The notes under the pieces are model-generated. The model was not told the origin of the DNA. It did no database searches and saw only the letters and a program-made list of their open reading frames with translations. A stretch of DNA of 64,000 bases from the human T2T-CHM13v2.0 reference genome, Homo sapiens, in NCBI RefSeq assembly GCF_009914755.1, contig NC_060925.1; one strand, 5' to 3'. Position 1 is the stretch's first letter, and each line of letters opens with the position of its first letter. Positions 1-13,441 of the stretch are shown here, piece by piece. A program made the translations under genes and the position numbers.

Positions 1-157
1 TTAGCCATAGAGTGGTGGAGCAGTATCTGGCTAAAACACTTCCACTTGCAGCTTATATTTGCCAGGACAATGGTGATGGAAAGGAATCTTGATCCCAAGC
101 AAACAAAATGTTCGAATTACCATTGATGCCCTCAGATGCTGCTTTCTTTATAGCCAG

Positions 158-189
<32 letters not shown>

Positions 190-229
190 CCTCTCTCTCT
201 CTCTGTGTGTGTTGTGTGTGTGTGTGTGA
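158..229. repeat. Compound (CT)n/(GT)n microsatellite
   Basis: Direct reading. Confidence 0.95.
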
Positions 230-496
230 TAGAGACAGAATGAGAGACAGACAGAAAGACAAAGAGAAGGAGGTAAAGGATGTAGAAGGAATGAGTGTGA
301 GTGATAATAAGGCTTTTCCAGATAAAAGCAGGCCATTTTATGGCAATATGGATTGTCTTTCAGTTTTTCCATATGCCCAACATTTTCATTCTCGGGTACT
401 CATTAACAGTTTCTTTGAGGTTTGGAGAAGAGGAAATCAAGATGGCTGACAAGGTTGGAAATTGAGAATAGAATTGAACGAAGCCCGTGGCAGAGG

Positions 497-594
497 TGTG
501 TGTGTGTGTGTGTGTGTGGTGGGGGTACATGTGACACACATGTTATTCCAGCTACTACAGATGCAGAAGTCACTGGGGACACACACACACACAC
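497..594. repeat. (GT)n at 497-518 and (CA)n at 578-594 microsatellites
   Basis: Direct reading. Confidence 0.9.
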
Positions 595-1284
595 AGGCAC
601 TCAGAATGTATGTGAGAGAGATAGACAGATATAGAGAAAACAATGATCAAATATGAGCTTTTTGTATAGTGAAGAAATATTCTCCAGGAAGTGCTTATAT
701 CAATAAAGCTAATTTTCCCAAACTTATGGTACTTTATTAAACCTCTCAAGTACAACTACAGAGATGGCCAGAGGCATTCTAAGATGTGAAGGGAGGGGGC
801 ATTTATGTAGTAACTGTGTTATATGAAAGTTTTCTCTAACAATTAAGGACAAAAGTAATAACAGAAAAAATAACAGATAAAACAACTGATCATCCCATGT
901 AGTTAAGGGAGAAAGCCTTCATGACTTGACTCTTAAATGTTTATAAACAGAGAGACTGTGAGATCTTTAGGGTGGCTGTTTCAGCAATGACTAGTATCAG
1001 CAGTAAAGGATGGACCATTCACCATTTCATGTTCCATAGAAACGAACAGTGAGGACTGGTGACAGAGTGATGCAGCATCATGAAACTGGAAAAAAAAAAA
1101 TCCAGGAGCAAGCCAGAACAGAGACATGATAGCTATTCATGATCAAGGGCATCACCAATATTTTCTGTTCAGACATGGTAACATAGGCTAATAATTACAG
1201 GAGAATGTAGATCAGGAGGGACTGGAACTTGAAATAAGCTTCTACTCTCCTTTCTCACCTGTTTCCTTTGTATATAGGGAGATT

Positions 1285-1332
1285 ATAGATAGATAGAATA
1301 GACAGACAGACAGACAGGTAGACAGATAGATA
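1285..1332. repeat. (TAGA/CAGA)n tetranucleotide repeat
   Basis: Direct reading. Confidence 0.85.
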
Positions 1333-4300
1333 AACAAGAATATATTCCAGAGGGAAAATTTCTGCAGGTAACTGAGGGAAATTCAGACTAAGAGATAGGT
1401 CACAGTATTTAGGGATCATTTATTCATTCAAGAAACATTTCTTGCCAGTGACTACTTGCCAGTCACCATGCTTGTCACAGAACTGTAAATGAAGAAGGCA
1501 TGCTCCTTGTCCTCCAAGAGTTTATAATCTAATGAAGAAAGCATACATATAAACAGTATGATATGTGTTATAATAAAGGTATTTGTAAATACCTTTAGGA
1601 ATACCTTAGGTATTAGTAAATAGCTTTACTTGAGGAAGCAAGCTGTTTTCTTTTAGAGAGGTCAAGGGGAGGTAATATTTGAGCTGAACATTAAAGGACA
1701 TTAAAGAACATTAAAGAACAATAAAAGCACTTATTGGATTGTATGGGAAAGATCAGGGAGAGGCAGGCCTGAAAGGTCATATGGAAAGGGCTTGGAAGCC
1801 TTGGAAGCCTCTAAGTGATGTATATATTATTTATATTGGGTGGCAACTGAAGGGTTTTTAAGTGGAAAAGTGACAGGACCAGATTTTCATTCAGTAAATG
1901 TAACTACTGGAAGTATGGATGGCGGATTGAGCTGGATACAGGCAATTTATATAAAAGAAGGAAGAGATAGTAAAATCTCAAACTAAGGCATTGGCAGTGG
2001 GATTGAAGAGAAGATACATTTTAGAGGCAGATCTTGGTGATGCATTGGAAGTGGACTATGAGAGAAGGTGCAGAACAAGAGGGAATAGGTTAGCGGCCTG
2101 GCAAGCAGTTGGTGTTGGGCAGGTTAGGGAGGGCAACCCAATGAAGTAGACTCTGACAGGTGGACAGAACTCAATGATGGAGAAGGCAGGAATAGGAGAT
2201 TTCAGTAGGCAGTGGGTAATGGAGAGTTGGTATCAACAATATCATGTCACTAGGTAGCAGGACCTTAGGGCTCATATTTTAGGCCAGGACTTTAATCTTG
2301 TAAGTAGGGAAGACTAAAGAACAAAGAAGGTTTATATCATGACCAGGCAGAGACTTTTATCATAACTGAGAAAGATCAAAATCAGATTACCAGCATAATT
2401 GAACTGATACTAATTCATGAGCTTTAGGTAACTTCTATTCTTAAATTCTTCCTGCTGAAGACCAGTACTTATTCTGGATGATGGGGACCCTCACCAAGCT
2501 TCCAATTCCTGAAGACCCCTCTATCTACTCAGCACTAACTTTTTATCAACTTAGACTTTATTCTCTCATCGTAAGTCTCCTGGTTACTCATTCTTCATAA
2601 TTCACCACCTACACCTTGTAGATTAGGCAGATGTTTGATTGATATCTCCATGACTATTGGTATAGCACAACACCAGACTACACCACACTCCTCTTACCCA
2701 GGTGTAGTTAGGGGAGGGCTCAGAATAGTATATGTGGTTTAGCTGTAGGAGCACAAGGGTTGCATAATCTAGTAGTTTGAGAACTAGATGAGTTCAGAAG
2801 GTGAACATCAGAACCACTCTGGAGTTGTATTTACATGTTATTTACAATTTCTGCTCATAACAAAAGTTAAAAAAATTATTAAAGACCCTAAACTACCATA
2901 TTTCCAGAAGAATCACTGAGACCCAAGGCTCCAAAGTCCTTCAAGTGTTAATTTATGAGACTAATGATGCTCGTTTTTGTTAACCTCATGGATTCTCACA
3001 TCAGTGGTGACCTTGTTGAGGTAGAGGTGGACTCACACCACCAACATTTCCACTCATTTTATCAGCATTCCCTAAAGTATGGCTTCCTCCATTTCTTAGA
3101 GCACTTGTTTCAAGGGATTTATATTATTTTAGGATATCCAGACAACTTGGAGCCAAGTCCCCACAGCTGGATCAGACAACTTTTGGTGACATCTCACAGT
3201 GTGGATTATCAAGCCAGTGTATCAGTCTGGAGCCTAGGTTTTTTGCCTTTAGCTTTGCTCAGGATGACTTCTGCTCTTCTATGGCAATACTTGAGAAGGT
3301 AAGGTAGTTTTTTTCTCATTTTTTGTTTCATCATTTTAATCCATATTTCCCAGAATCTACCTCTTTCTTTACCTCATTCTATCATTTTTCTAATCAGGCC
3401 ATCAGTTAGTTACTCTTGCAACGTGTACTCTAACAGCATTTCATGTATATGCTTAAACTAATTCATAGAACATGGTTACTATTAATATTTGCATTTCTTT
3501 TCACAGTATGCATCTAGAAATCCTCAGCTATTTTTTGTTTTCTTCATGAAATTTTTAATTCTAGGAACTTTTCATATGAGATATGAAAAATGGTTAAATT
3601 CAAATAACACCATGTCCACCATATTGGCCCCCTAATTAGAGCCAAGATCACAAAATCCATGGTGTAGTGTTGAGAGCACAATCTCACACACCTCACAGAC
3701 TTGCCTTTGACTACTGGCTCCTCCAGTTGCCAGCTCTATGACTTTGAGCAAATTTCTTAACCTTTCTGGGTCTGTTTCCTCATCTATAGAGTAAAGATAA
3801 TAATACTTCATTTTGATAGTTCTTCAGTATATTAAATGAATTATATGTCAATGGTCTGACACTTTGCCTAGCATGATAGCAAGGTATTCAGTAAATGGTA
3901 ATTATTAGTTTTATATAACTATGAAGTCTTACAGAATTGGTAAACTCAATATGAGACACTTATTGCAATTGAATTTTTGCATGTGTGTTTGTTTCCATCA
4001 AGAGAGAAGAGCAAGAAACATACATCTTTTCCTTTTTCTTTTCCAAGAATTTTTTTTAATTGAGTCCCTCTCTGTGTGATTATGGAGGTTTTTAAATGTC
4101 CTTTAGGGTTCAGTGTGATCATCTCTAGAAGATCGGGGAGAAGGTTTTCATCTGTTTTAGGAAAAGAGTAGCTTCAGGAGAATATTGAATGTTGAATACA
4201 AATACTACAAAAAAAGTAGCAAAAATTGCTCTAGTACATTTATTGTTTTCCTCCATTGTATACATTCCACTTTTTTTTTTTTCTGGCAACAGTCCCTGAT

Positions 4301-4399
4301 TTTCATTTAAGAATCCAACCATTGCCCATTCTTACTCCTTGTGGTCAGGGTGAGGGGGTGAGTTTATCTTTGACTTATGAGGGTGAAGATGTTGCTTGG

Positions 4400-4805
4400 A
4401 TGTTAGTGGACAGGGATGGGTAAGCATGTGACCTGGGATGTCTAAGGCAGAGTGAATCTCAGGACTATTGTGTGAACTACCAATAAAGACATAGCATTCC
4501 TCCTCCACCTCTCCCCCCAACCCCTTGGCCCCTGCACCTTGAGATTTGAACAGGGAAGAATGTAGGCCAAGCTGCTGCAGCCATCTCATGACTACATGTC
4601 AAAACTGTAGTCAACAGAGGGAAAAGCAGAGCTGAGAGATTGAGAGACTCACCCAATCTTGATGATATACTTTGAGCCTTGGAGTGAGTACAGCCTGCTA
4701 GCCCCATTTCAAGACTTTTCAATTACGTGAACCAATACATTCTCCCTTTAATTTAATAAGCTTTGAGTTGTTCTATTACTTGAAGCAGAATTAGAACTGA
4801 TATAA
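4400..4805 (+). mobile_element. MaLR (MLT1-type) LTR fragment
   Basis: 3' end resembles MLT1 (gtgaaccaatacattctccc...ttctattacttgaagcagaattagaactgata); 5' boundary uncertain. Confidence 0.5.
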
Positions 4806-5029
4806 TTGCTATTTACTTTTTGCTGTGTTCTGCATTCATAATAAATATAAAAAACATAGCAAGATAACCAGGGGCATGTTAATGCAAGGGTGGTAATAGA
4901 GAAAGGGGAGGAAGAGGAATAACAAGCCCTCCCCTCAGTTCTTTCATGTCTCCTCTTTTCCTTCGGATTAAAGATCAGATCCCTGAACCAGTATCATCAC
5001 ATTATACTTTTCTAAGTTTTATTTTGTTT

Positions 5030-5250
5030 TTAACTGACATCTAGTAATTGTGCATGTTTATATTTAAGTGATGTTTCTATACATGTTTACATTATGTAAT
5101 GATCAAATCAGGGTAATTAGCATATCAATCACTTCAAACATTTGTCATTTCTTTATGGTGAGAATATTCAAAATTCTCTCTTCTATTAATAGCTATTTTG
5201 AAATATAGTATATGATATTGTTAACTGTGGTTACCCCACTGTGCAGTAGA
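5030..5250 (-). mobile_element. L1MA-type 3' end fragment
   Basis: gtaatgatcaaatcagggtaattagcatatc...agctattttgaaatata resembles the reverse of an L1MA 3'UTR. Confidence 0.7.
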
Positions 5251-5432
5251 ACAGTCAGATAAGAGGAATATTATACTTTTAAAAGGATAAATTCCTTTGG
5301 GGGCAAGAGCAGGGTCCTGGCTAAGTACATGAGGCCTGCCTGAGGAATTTCTATGGAAACAGGAGTGTGTGTCTGTGGCCCTAGCCCTGCTCAGCATTGG
5401 AAACTATTTGGTAGTCTGAACATGGTTCCTCC

Positions 5433-6358
5433 TGTAAACTAAAAATAAATCTTAAAGCCCTCAACTGACTGAACAGACCCTCCCCACCCCAATCTTGGCC
5501 AAATGGACCCTAGATAAATCTTAAAAACTGAGTTCCCAGCCATGATGGCTCAGGAAGTCAGACATATCTTGTTATATACCCTCCCTTTTGCAGTGTTTAG
5601 ACACAACTGGCCAGCATTGATGTGAAAATAGAGAATGTAAGACTGATAGAACAGACTCTTTGTGGCAGTAAGATACCAAATTGTAAACAGGAGCTAAGAC
5701 CATGCCAGTCAAGGGTTAAGTCACACACTTCTGCACTTAAAGAATAAACTATGTTCTAAATGCCATAAGGTTTCTATTTTTCTTCAGCAGCTAAACAAGC
5801 ACTGGCCTTCAGGTAAGCAATATGAAAACAATTTGTAGCTCATTCACTGCCAGACACTGACTCCATCCCCCTGTTTCACAAACTATAGCTACAGCTTTGA
5901 TTAGACGAGAGGCTATTTCAATAACTTTCTCCTGATAAGAAGACCACCGACCGTGGACGGATTCTGGCCAGTTTACAAAGGCTGCATACGTGAGTGCGTT
6001 TGTGTCCTGAAACGACCTTATAAAGCCTTATTATAATATATTTAAATGTTAAGTCTCCACCCCAAGGTGAACATTGGTCAGATGTAATATGTACATTTAT
6101 TCAGTATGTGTGCATTAGGAGGACCACGAATATTCATGGCTCCTTCTGTAATCCATTGAATATGTTTAGTCAACCCATTCAGCATAAAGTTCCTATCCCA
6201 ATCCCTCCTCTTTTGAAGTACCTGCCTTTCTGGCGTCAGCCAGAGGCCAGGCTTCCCAGCTTGTCAGAATTTGCCTGTCAACTTTGCAACTGTAACCCTC
6301 TATGAGAAATATAACTTTCCTTTCAAAATTTATAAATTGTGTAATTTTTAAGTTAACA
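5433..6358 (+). mobile_element. Solo ERV1 LTR, MER4 family-like (~926 bp)
   Basis: Starts TGTAAACTAAAAATAAA..., ends ...AAGTTAACA (TG...CA termini). Flanks ctcc/cccc resemble a degenerate 4-bp target site duplication (TSD). Confidence 0.75.
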
Positions 6359-6699
6359 CCCCTCTAGAAAATGATTCAATTTTCCTTGTCTTTCTTTTCC
6401 TTTGTCTTCTGAAGTCAGAAATCCAGAATCTGTTTGTTCTTAGGTCTCAGCCCTTTTATTCTCTCCTATGCTTTCACCAAGGATATTCTATTGTAGCAGA
6501 CAGTTATGTGAGCTTGCAAAATTAACCATTCATAGACTTTGGCCCCAGAGTTTTTGCTGACTTGAGACCATCAGCACTCAGGATATCAATTTTTTTTTTA
6601 AATCCTAGGTATAGAGATGTGAGTTAATCATATTCCTTATTTCATGGCACATTGTAATTATTGAGCTATGCAGACTCTTCTGTGGAAGAGTTGGTTAAC

Positions 6700-9100
6700 T
6701 TTCATCCCCATTCTTTATTCCCAGTCCTCTCCTCCTCCCTCAACAGATAAATTATTCTAATGAGTTTACTGTATATGGCTTAACTTGTACAGGTGTTTGT
6801 AAAGTATCTATTGTTACTTTTATGTTCATAGAGTTTTACTTTTATGTAAGTGCTATTTTTTTTAGATCTCATTCTTTTTTTTACCTTTTTTTTTCATTTA
6901 GTATCCATGTTGCAGTATGTAAGTCTAGTCCATTGCTTCTAATTGTGCTGTTGTTTTGCATCTACTCAGTATACCTCTGCACTTCCCTGGTGATGAACAC
7001 TCAAATTGCTTCTAATTAATTCCTCAGCACTAAAAATAATGCTGCGACGAACATCCTCTTACATATGTCCATTATGGATCTCTGGGAGACATTTTTGGGG
7101 GTCATAAACACAGAAGTAGAATTTCTGGGTGGTAGGCTATATGTATACTTGATATTGACTAGATACTGTCAGATAACTCTCCAGAACAGCTTTACTTTCT
7201 TACCAGGAGTACATGAGATTTCCTAAACCCACATCCCAGCCAACACCTAGCAATATCTAGTTTCCTAACTTTTTCCAGCTCATTTCACTGTTATTTTGAT
7301 TTTGATTTCCCTTATCCATGAGTTTGAACATCTTTATGTATATTTGTAAGCCATTTTGATTACCCTATTCTATACATTGCCTGTTCAAATACTTTGTCCA
7401 TTTTTCTGTTAATTTTCTTTTTTACTTTAAGAAGTTCATTGTATGTTCTAGACGTTAGTACATTGTTATTTTTAGACACTGCAAATAATTTCAATGTGTC
7501 TTCTCTCTGTTAACTTTGTTCGTGGTGTCTTTCACTGAACAGAAATCTTTAATTATGATGTAATAAAAGTCATCACTAGTTTTGTATTATGTGTGCCTGT
7601 AAAGTTCTATCTACAATGTTCTTTCCTGTGCTGAGATTACTAAGGTATTTTCCCATATTTTCTTCTCTTTACTTTGTTGTTTTAAGCTTCACATTCAGAT
7701 ATTTATTTCATTTGCAGTCTATCTTTGTATGTGACTTTAGGTAAATATCCAATTTTGTTTTTATCTATGGCATGAGCCAGGTTTGCAACTCCTTCTATTA
7801 ATCTGCCCTTTTCCCATTGATATATGGTACCCACTTTACTATATATTAAGTTCCCATATAAACATACTTAATTTCTAAGCTCCTTATCATGTTTCACTGA
7901 TCTTTTTGTCATTGCAATAATATCACATTGTTATTATTACTTGACTGTGTAGTATGTCTTAATACTTGGAAGGGCAAGTACCCATTCTTTGCCTTTTTCT
8001 TGAAATGTTGACTTACCTGTTCGTGGATCTTTATTCTTCCATAAAAACTTGAGGTTATTGAACTTCTCAAGAAATTCAACACAAATATTTTGAAGTATTT
8101 GTGATTGTGTTGAATGTATAGATTAATATGAACTGACATGTTTATAATATTAAGTCATCTCCCCCAAGATATGGAATGTCACTCCATTTATTCAGATAAT
8201 CTTCTATGTCATTTATTAGATTTAAAAATTTTCTCCATGGAAGTATTATATGTTGTCATTATTTTCTAGTTATTTAACATTTTTTGTTGCTGTTCTGAAT
8301 GATATCTTATTTTTAAATACATTTTGTAATTGGTTATTGTTGGAGAGAAAAGTGCTTTTAATTTTTGTAACTTGATTGTTTCTGATAAACTTGCTGAATT
8401 ATCTTATTAGTTGTAATACTTTGTTGATTAGGTGCTTTTTTCTAGCTAGAGAGTCATATTATCTTACCTGCAAATAATGTCATTTGTTTTCTTTTTTTTT
8501 TTCTACCAATGTATTTATTTCTCTTTCTTTCCTTATAGCATAGGGCAGGGCACCCCACTATGGCAAACACTAATAATGATATTGCTCCTGATTTTGTTTC
8601 TGAAGGGAATGCCTCTAAGATTTCTTCATTAATTATAAGGTATACTGTATTTTTTGATATATTAATAAATTTCCATTTATTTCTAGTATGAGTTTTTATC
8701 TTTGATATGCATTGAGATTTGTCAAATGTATTTCCTGCATTGAGATGAACATGTTATTTTAATTTTTTTAGTATATTAATGTGACAAATTTTAAAGATAG
8801 GTTATGTGATTTTTAATAGTTTTTGCATCCTGTTATCAATCTGAATTAATTATATATGATTATATATGTAATTATATATAATATGTATATAATTATTAAG
8901 CATGTATTTTGTAGACAACATGTTGAATCTTTTTTGTAGTTTTTATCAACTATAAATGTCTCTGTTATTTCATTAGTTTAGGCTATTTACATTTTTGAAA
9001 TTATGTTATTTTAATTATGTTCATTTAACTAACATAGTATTTCTGCCATCCTGTTTCATACTTTGCCTTTTCTATAGGTTGTTTAAATTTTTTTTAAAGG
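6700..9100 (-). mobile_element. Old, degenerate L1M (ORF2/3' region), antisense
   Basis: T-rich L1-like motifs (tttgtccatttttct, ttttcccattga, gtagattaat..., ggcaccccac); boundaries approximate. Confidence 0.6.
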
Positions 9101-9119
9101 CAATGATTGGCTGATTTTT

Positions 9120-11450
9120 TCTATTAACAGATAAACTCCAATTAAATAAATAAACAACCCATATTTGACTATATATTGTTTATTAAAAACACACCTAAAA
9201 CAAATGACAAAGTAAAGATTAAAAGAGAAGGATGTAAAAGATATGGCAGGCAAACACTAATGCAGTTAACAGCAGATTAAAATAGAATTAAAGGTAAAGT
9301 GTTTTGGTAATTAAAGGCATAATATATTTTGCAACCTTTTGCAAAGGGTTAAAGAGCAGTAAAAAGTAACAAAAATAACTACAGATAAACTAATGATTTA
9401 AAAATAGAATATTATTGTCAGTTATCCCTTCAAAAAGCTGAAAAAATTGAATATTATAAACAACTAAGTACCAGTAATGTTGAAATCAACACAAAATGGA
9501 TAAGTTAGTAAGAAAATGTCAATTGCCAAGGAATCTATATCTGACTTTCTATTTTCAACCATGAAAGACTGACTGTTTCAAACTCCAAAGTCAGGAGGCC
9601 CACCCACTAGTTTTAGCTAGATCTACCAAACCTTTAAGAAATCCACATTTTGCATGAACTATTCCAGTGCACAGAAAAGAATGAAAATTTCCCAACCAAT
9701 TTTGTCAGGTACAAAAATTAGATAGTGAAAGCCCAAGAACATAAAACTATAGATTAATTTCACTTATGAACACAGAATGCAAATATCCTAATAAAATATT
9801 AGCATATCAATTCCAGGAGTGTCCCAAATTTATTTCCCAAATAGAGTTTACCAAAAGATTCCAAGATCTGTTTAACTTTTGAAAATCAATTAATATCATT
9901 TAAAAATAAGTGAAAAAAACATATAATCCTTTCAGTAGATTGAACAAGACATTTGATAAAATTTTAAACTCATTTGTAGTAGAACTTTTCAGCAAATTAG
10001 GAATAGAAGGGAACTTTCTTAATCTGATATTGGCTATCTAACAGAAATCTATAGCAAACATTATACTCTACTTCAAATACTGAAACATTAGAACAATGTC
10101 ATTGAAGTCAGAAAGAAGACAAGGATGCCTACTATGAGTACTAATATTTAGATAGTCCTAATCAATAAGAAATGAGGTAGCAATTCCACTTCTGGGTAGT
10201 TATCCAAAACAATTGAAAGCAGGGATTTGGACAGATACTTTTTGACCCACGTTCATAGCAGTGTTATCGACAATAGCCAAAAGGTGGAAACAGCCTAAAT
10301 GTCCGTTTTGTTAATGGATAAACAAAATGTGGTATTTACATACAATGAAATATTATCCAACCTTAAAAAGGAATGGCATTCCAATACATGCTACAACACA
10401 GTTGGGTCTTGAAGAAATTATGCCAAGCAAAAGAAGCCAGACACAAAAGGACAAATGTTGTATGACTTCACTTAGATAAGGTACCTAGAGTAGTCAAATT
10501 CATTGAAACAGAAAAGAAAATGATGGCTGCTGATGGAAAGGGAGAATGGAGGATTATTGTTGAATGGATACAGAGTTTCAGCTTGGGAAGATGTAAAATT
10601 TCTGGAAATGGAAGGTTTTGACTGTTACACAACAATATGTATGTACTAATGCTACTTAATGGTACACCAAAAATGATTAAAATGATAAATTTTATATTAT
10701 GTGTATCTTACCGCAATAAATAATTTAGAAATGTGGAATCAATGTTGAAAGAAAGATAATTTGTTCATCAGTTTCAGACAAAATGAACCCCCCAAAATTA
10801 ATTGACAAACATTCAAAGATAATAAGAGTGCAGCAAGATAGTCAAATACACAATCAGAATGAATACGTTCACAGCTTCCTATACAATAGAAATCACCAAT
10901 TCAAAAATATGATAGAAAAATTCCATTTGTATTAACAACAAAAATAAACCCCCAAATAAACCTAATGAAAAAGTGAAATACTTTTATAGGAAAAAAACTT
11001 ACAAAAGGATATAAAAGAAAATCTGAATAAATTGTGAAATACAGCATGTTAAGATGACCAGTTGTCTGAGTCAGTTTGGAAAATGTATGGGGGTCTTTAA
11101 AAAAAAATGGAATTACAATATGAGCCATCAACTTCACTTCTGAGTGTATAGCCAAAGGAATTAAAATTGGTGTTGAAGAGATATCTGCATTCTCACTTAA
11201 ACATACCACTTAAAAATGTACACTAAATGTTAGGTGTTTTCTGTGTGTACACACATGTCTATAAAAATATCTTTAAGTTTTCTGGAAAGAATCAAGCCCT
11301 ATTCCTCAGTGATTATTCCTGGGTACAGAAAAGAAGTTATTGGATTTGGGATGAAGGTCAGAGGAGGCTGTAGCATATATCTACAAATATTCTAATTTTT
11401 CAAAGGAAGAATATATTTCTGTATCATTTCATAATTAAAATCAATTTTTA
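9120..11450 (+). mobile_element. Old L1M fragments with a nested L1MB-type 3' end (~10175-10725)
   Basis: ORF2 remnants (gacatttgataaaatt, ggaatagaagggaactttcttaatctgata) and an L1MB 3'UTR (gcaattccacttctgggta...ggatacagagtttcagcttgggaagatg). Confidence 0.7.
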
Positions 11451-11605
11451 AAACGTTTTTTATTTGCGGCATGTTTTTGTTGAATGAATGCATGGTATGA
11501 ACTAATAATGATGTGTTCAGTAATTTTCATGCATATAATTAATAGGAGAATAGTTTTGATGACAATTTTATTTATTTACAGTAATATATTGGCTTATTTT
11601 ACTAG

Positions 11606-11911
<306 letters not shown>

Positions 11912-12981
11912 TAACGTGTCTATATTAAAAAATAAGAAAAAACATTGATAACACTTAAAAAGATGGGCTCTCATATTAAGTCCTCCTTTAACTTCCGCTA
12001 CACCTACACTAACCCATTTCCCTTTGGTTCTATTTCCAAAAGACAACATGAGGTGGTAGGAAAAGCCCTGGTCTGGGATATGGTATGCAGTGTTGTTCTG
12101 ATTAACAGTTGACATCTATTGGTTGTGTGACACTGGAATTCACTTTTTTCAGATGAAATATAAAGGGAATATCATGGGGTTCCTAACCTGGCAATATCTA
12201 TGAGTGTACTTTGAAAGGTCTGTAAAGTCCCTGAAATTATAAGGAAACATTTGTAAGTGGGTCTCCGCATTTTTTTGAGGGGAAGGGCATTTAGGAGAGG
12301 GATGCTCAAATAGTTCCGGAACAAGAAAACAGCAAAAGGTTAAGAGCCATTGACCTAGATGATCTTCAGTGACCTTTCAGCTGTGAACTTCTGTTAAAAG
12401 TAATCCTTGAGGCTTGAGGCTCTTTTTTTGCCCTGTCCTGTTTCTCTTTCCATTTATCAAACTCCTAAACACAAAACAAAAAACAGTTATCAAGTTTCAT
12501 CAACTATAAAATATATATTTGATTACCAAAGTTAATATGATTATTAAATGGAATAATTCATGTAAAGCCCTTTACCACTGTCTGGCACAGAGTAAACAAA
12601 CAACAGATAATTTTTTAAAAAAAGAGCTGAGGTGGAATTTATTGGTGTTACAACAGCAAGTTTAAATCCCTAAGCCAGTAGGCTAGGCCTGTGATTTTTT
12701 TAGCTCATTGGAGGAAGGTGATAAACTTTGAAATAGTCAGTGATTAAGGCTGGAAAATTCTTTGAGTTCTGAGAAAACCAGTAGAAACTCAGCTTTGTCC
12801 AAAACCTGGAAAATGATAGGCATTCAATCAATGTTAGTTTCTTCCAAAATTTGGCCTCATATTCCTCACTTTTTATCTTTTTTTCTCACCTAGAGGGTCC
12901 AAGGCCTAGAATGCTTATTAAAGACCTTGCAAAAAATAATAGAGTTACACTTTTTAAAGGTCTTACTAGAATTTTCTATAG

Positions 12982-13441
12982 CCATGGTTCTCAATATGTA
13001 GTCTTGGGGTGCATGTGAAGTAAAAACTACTTTCATCATAATACTAAGATATTATTTGTCTTTTTAATTTTCATTCTCTTACAAGTATCCAGTAGAGTTT
13101 TCTAGATGTGTGATGTCACAACAGCTGGAAGGCAGAACTAGGTACTATAATCCAGTTGTCTTCTATTAAGCTAGACATCAATGAGATTTTCAAAAGTGTA
13201 AAACAATGCCACTCTTCTCATTAATTGTTTTCTAAAAATAGTTACATTTTAATAAAAATATGGTATGTTAATATGTAATGGACTTGTTAAATGAATAAAT
13301 ACTTTAAAAACTTCTCAGTTTTAGTTTCTAATATGGAAAATATTGGTAGACATAATCCCCATAAACAAAAGCTCTTCATGTTTCTCAGTAATTTTTAAGA
13401 GCAAAAAGGGGACTTGAGGCAGAAATCCTCAAGAATCACTT
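12982..13441 (+). mobile_element. hAT-Charlie DNA transposon remnant (Charlie4a-like)
   Basis: Termini ccatggttctcaa / caagaatcact; internal ccagttgtcttctattaagctagacat...aaacaatgccactcttctc. Confidence 0.6.

Noticed and set aside
53-755. Several 60-113 aa ORFs
   Set aside because: Translations of CT/GT/CA microsatellites.
1441-1812. Short tandem duplications (cttgccagt x2, atacctt(t)agg x2, cattaaagaa x3-4, cttggaagc x2)
   Set aside because: Ordinary slippage events within degenerate L2-like sequence.
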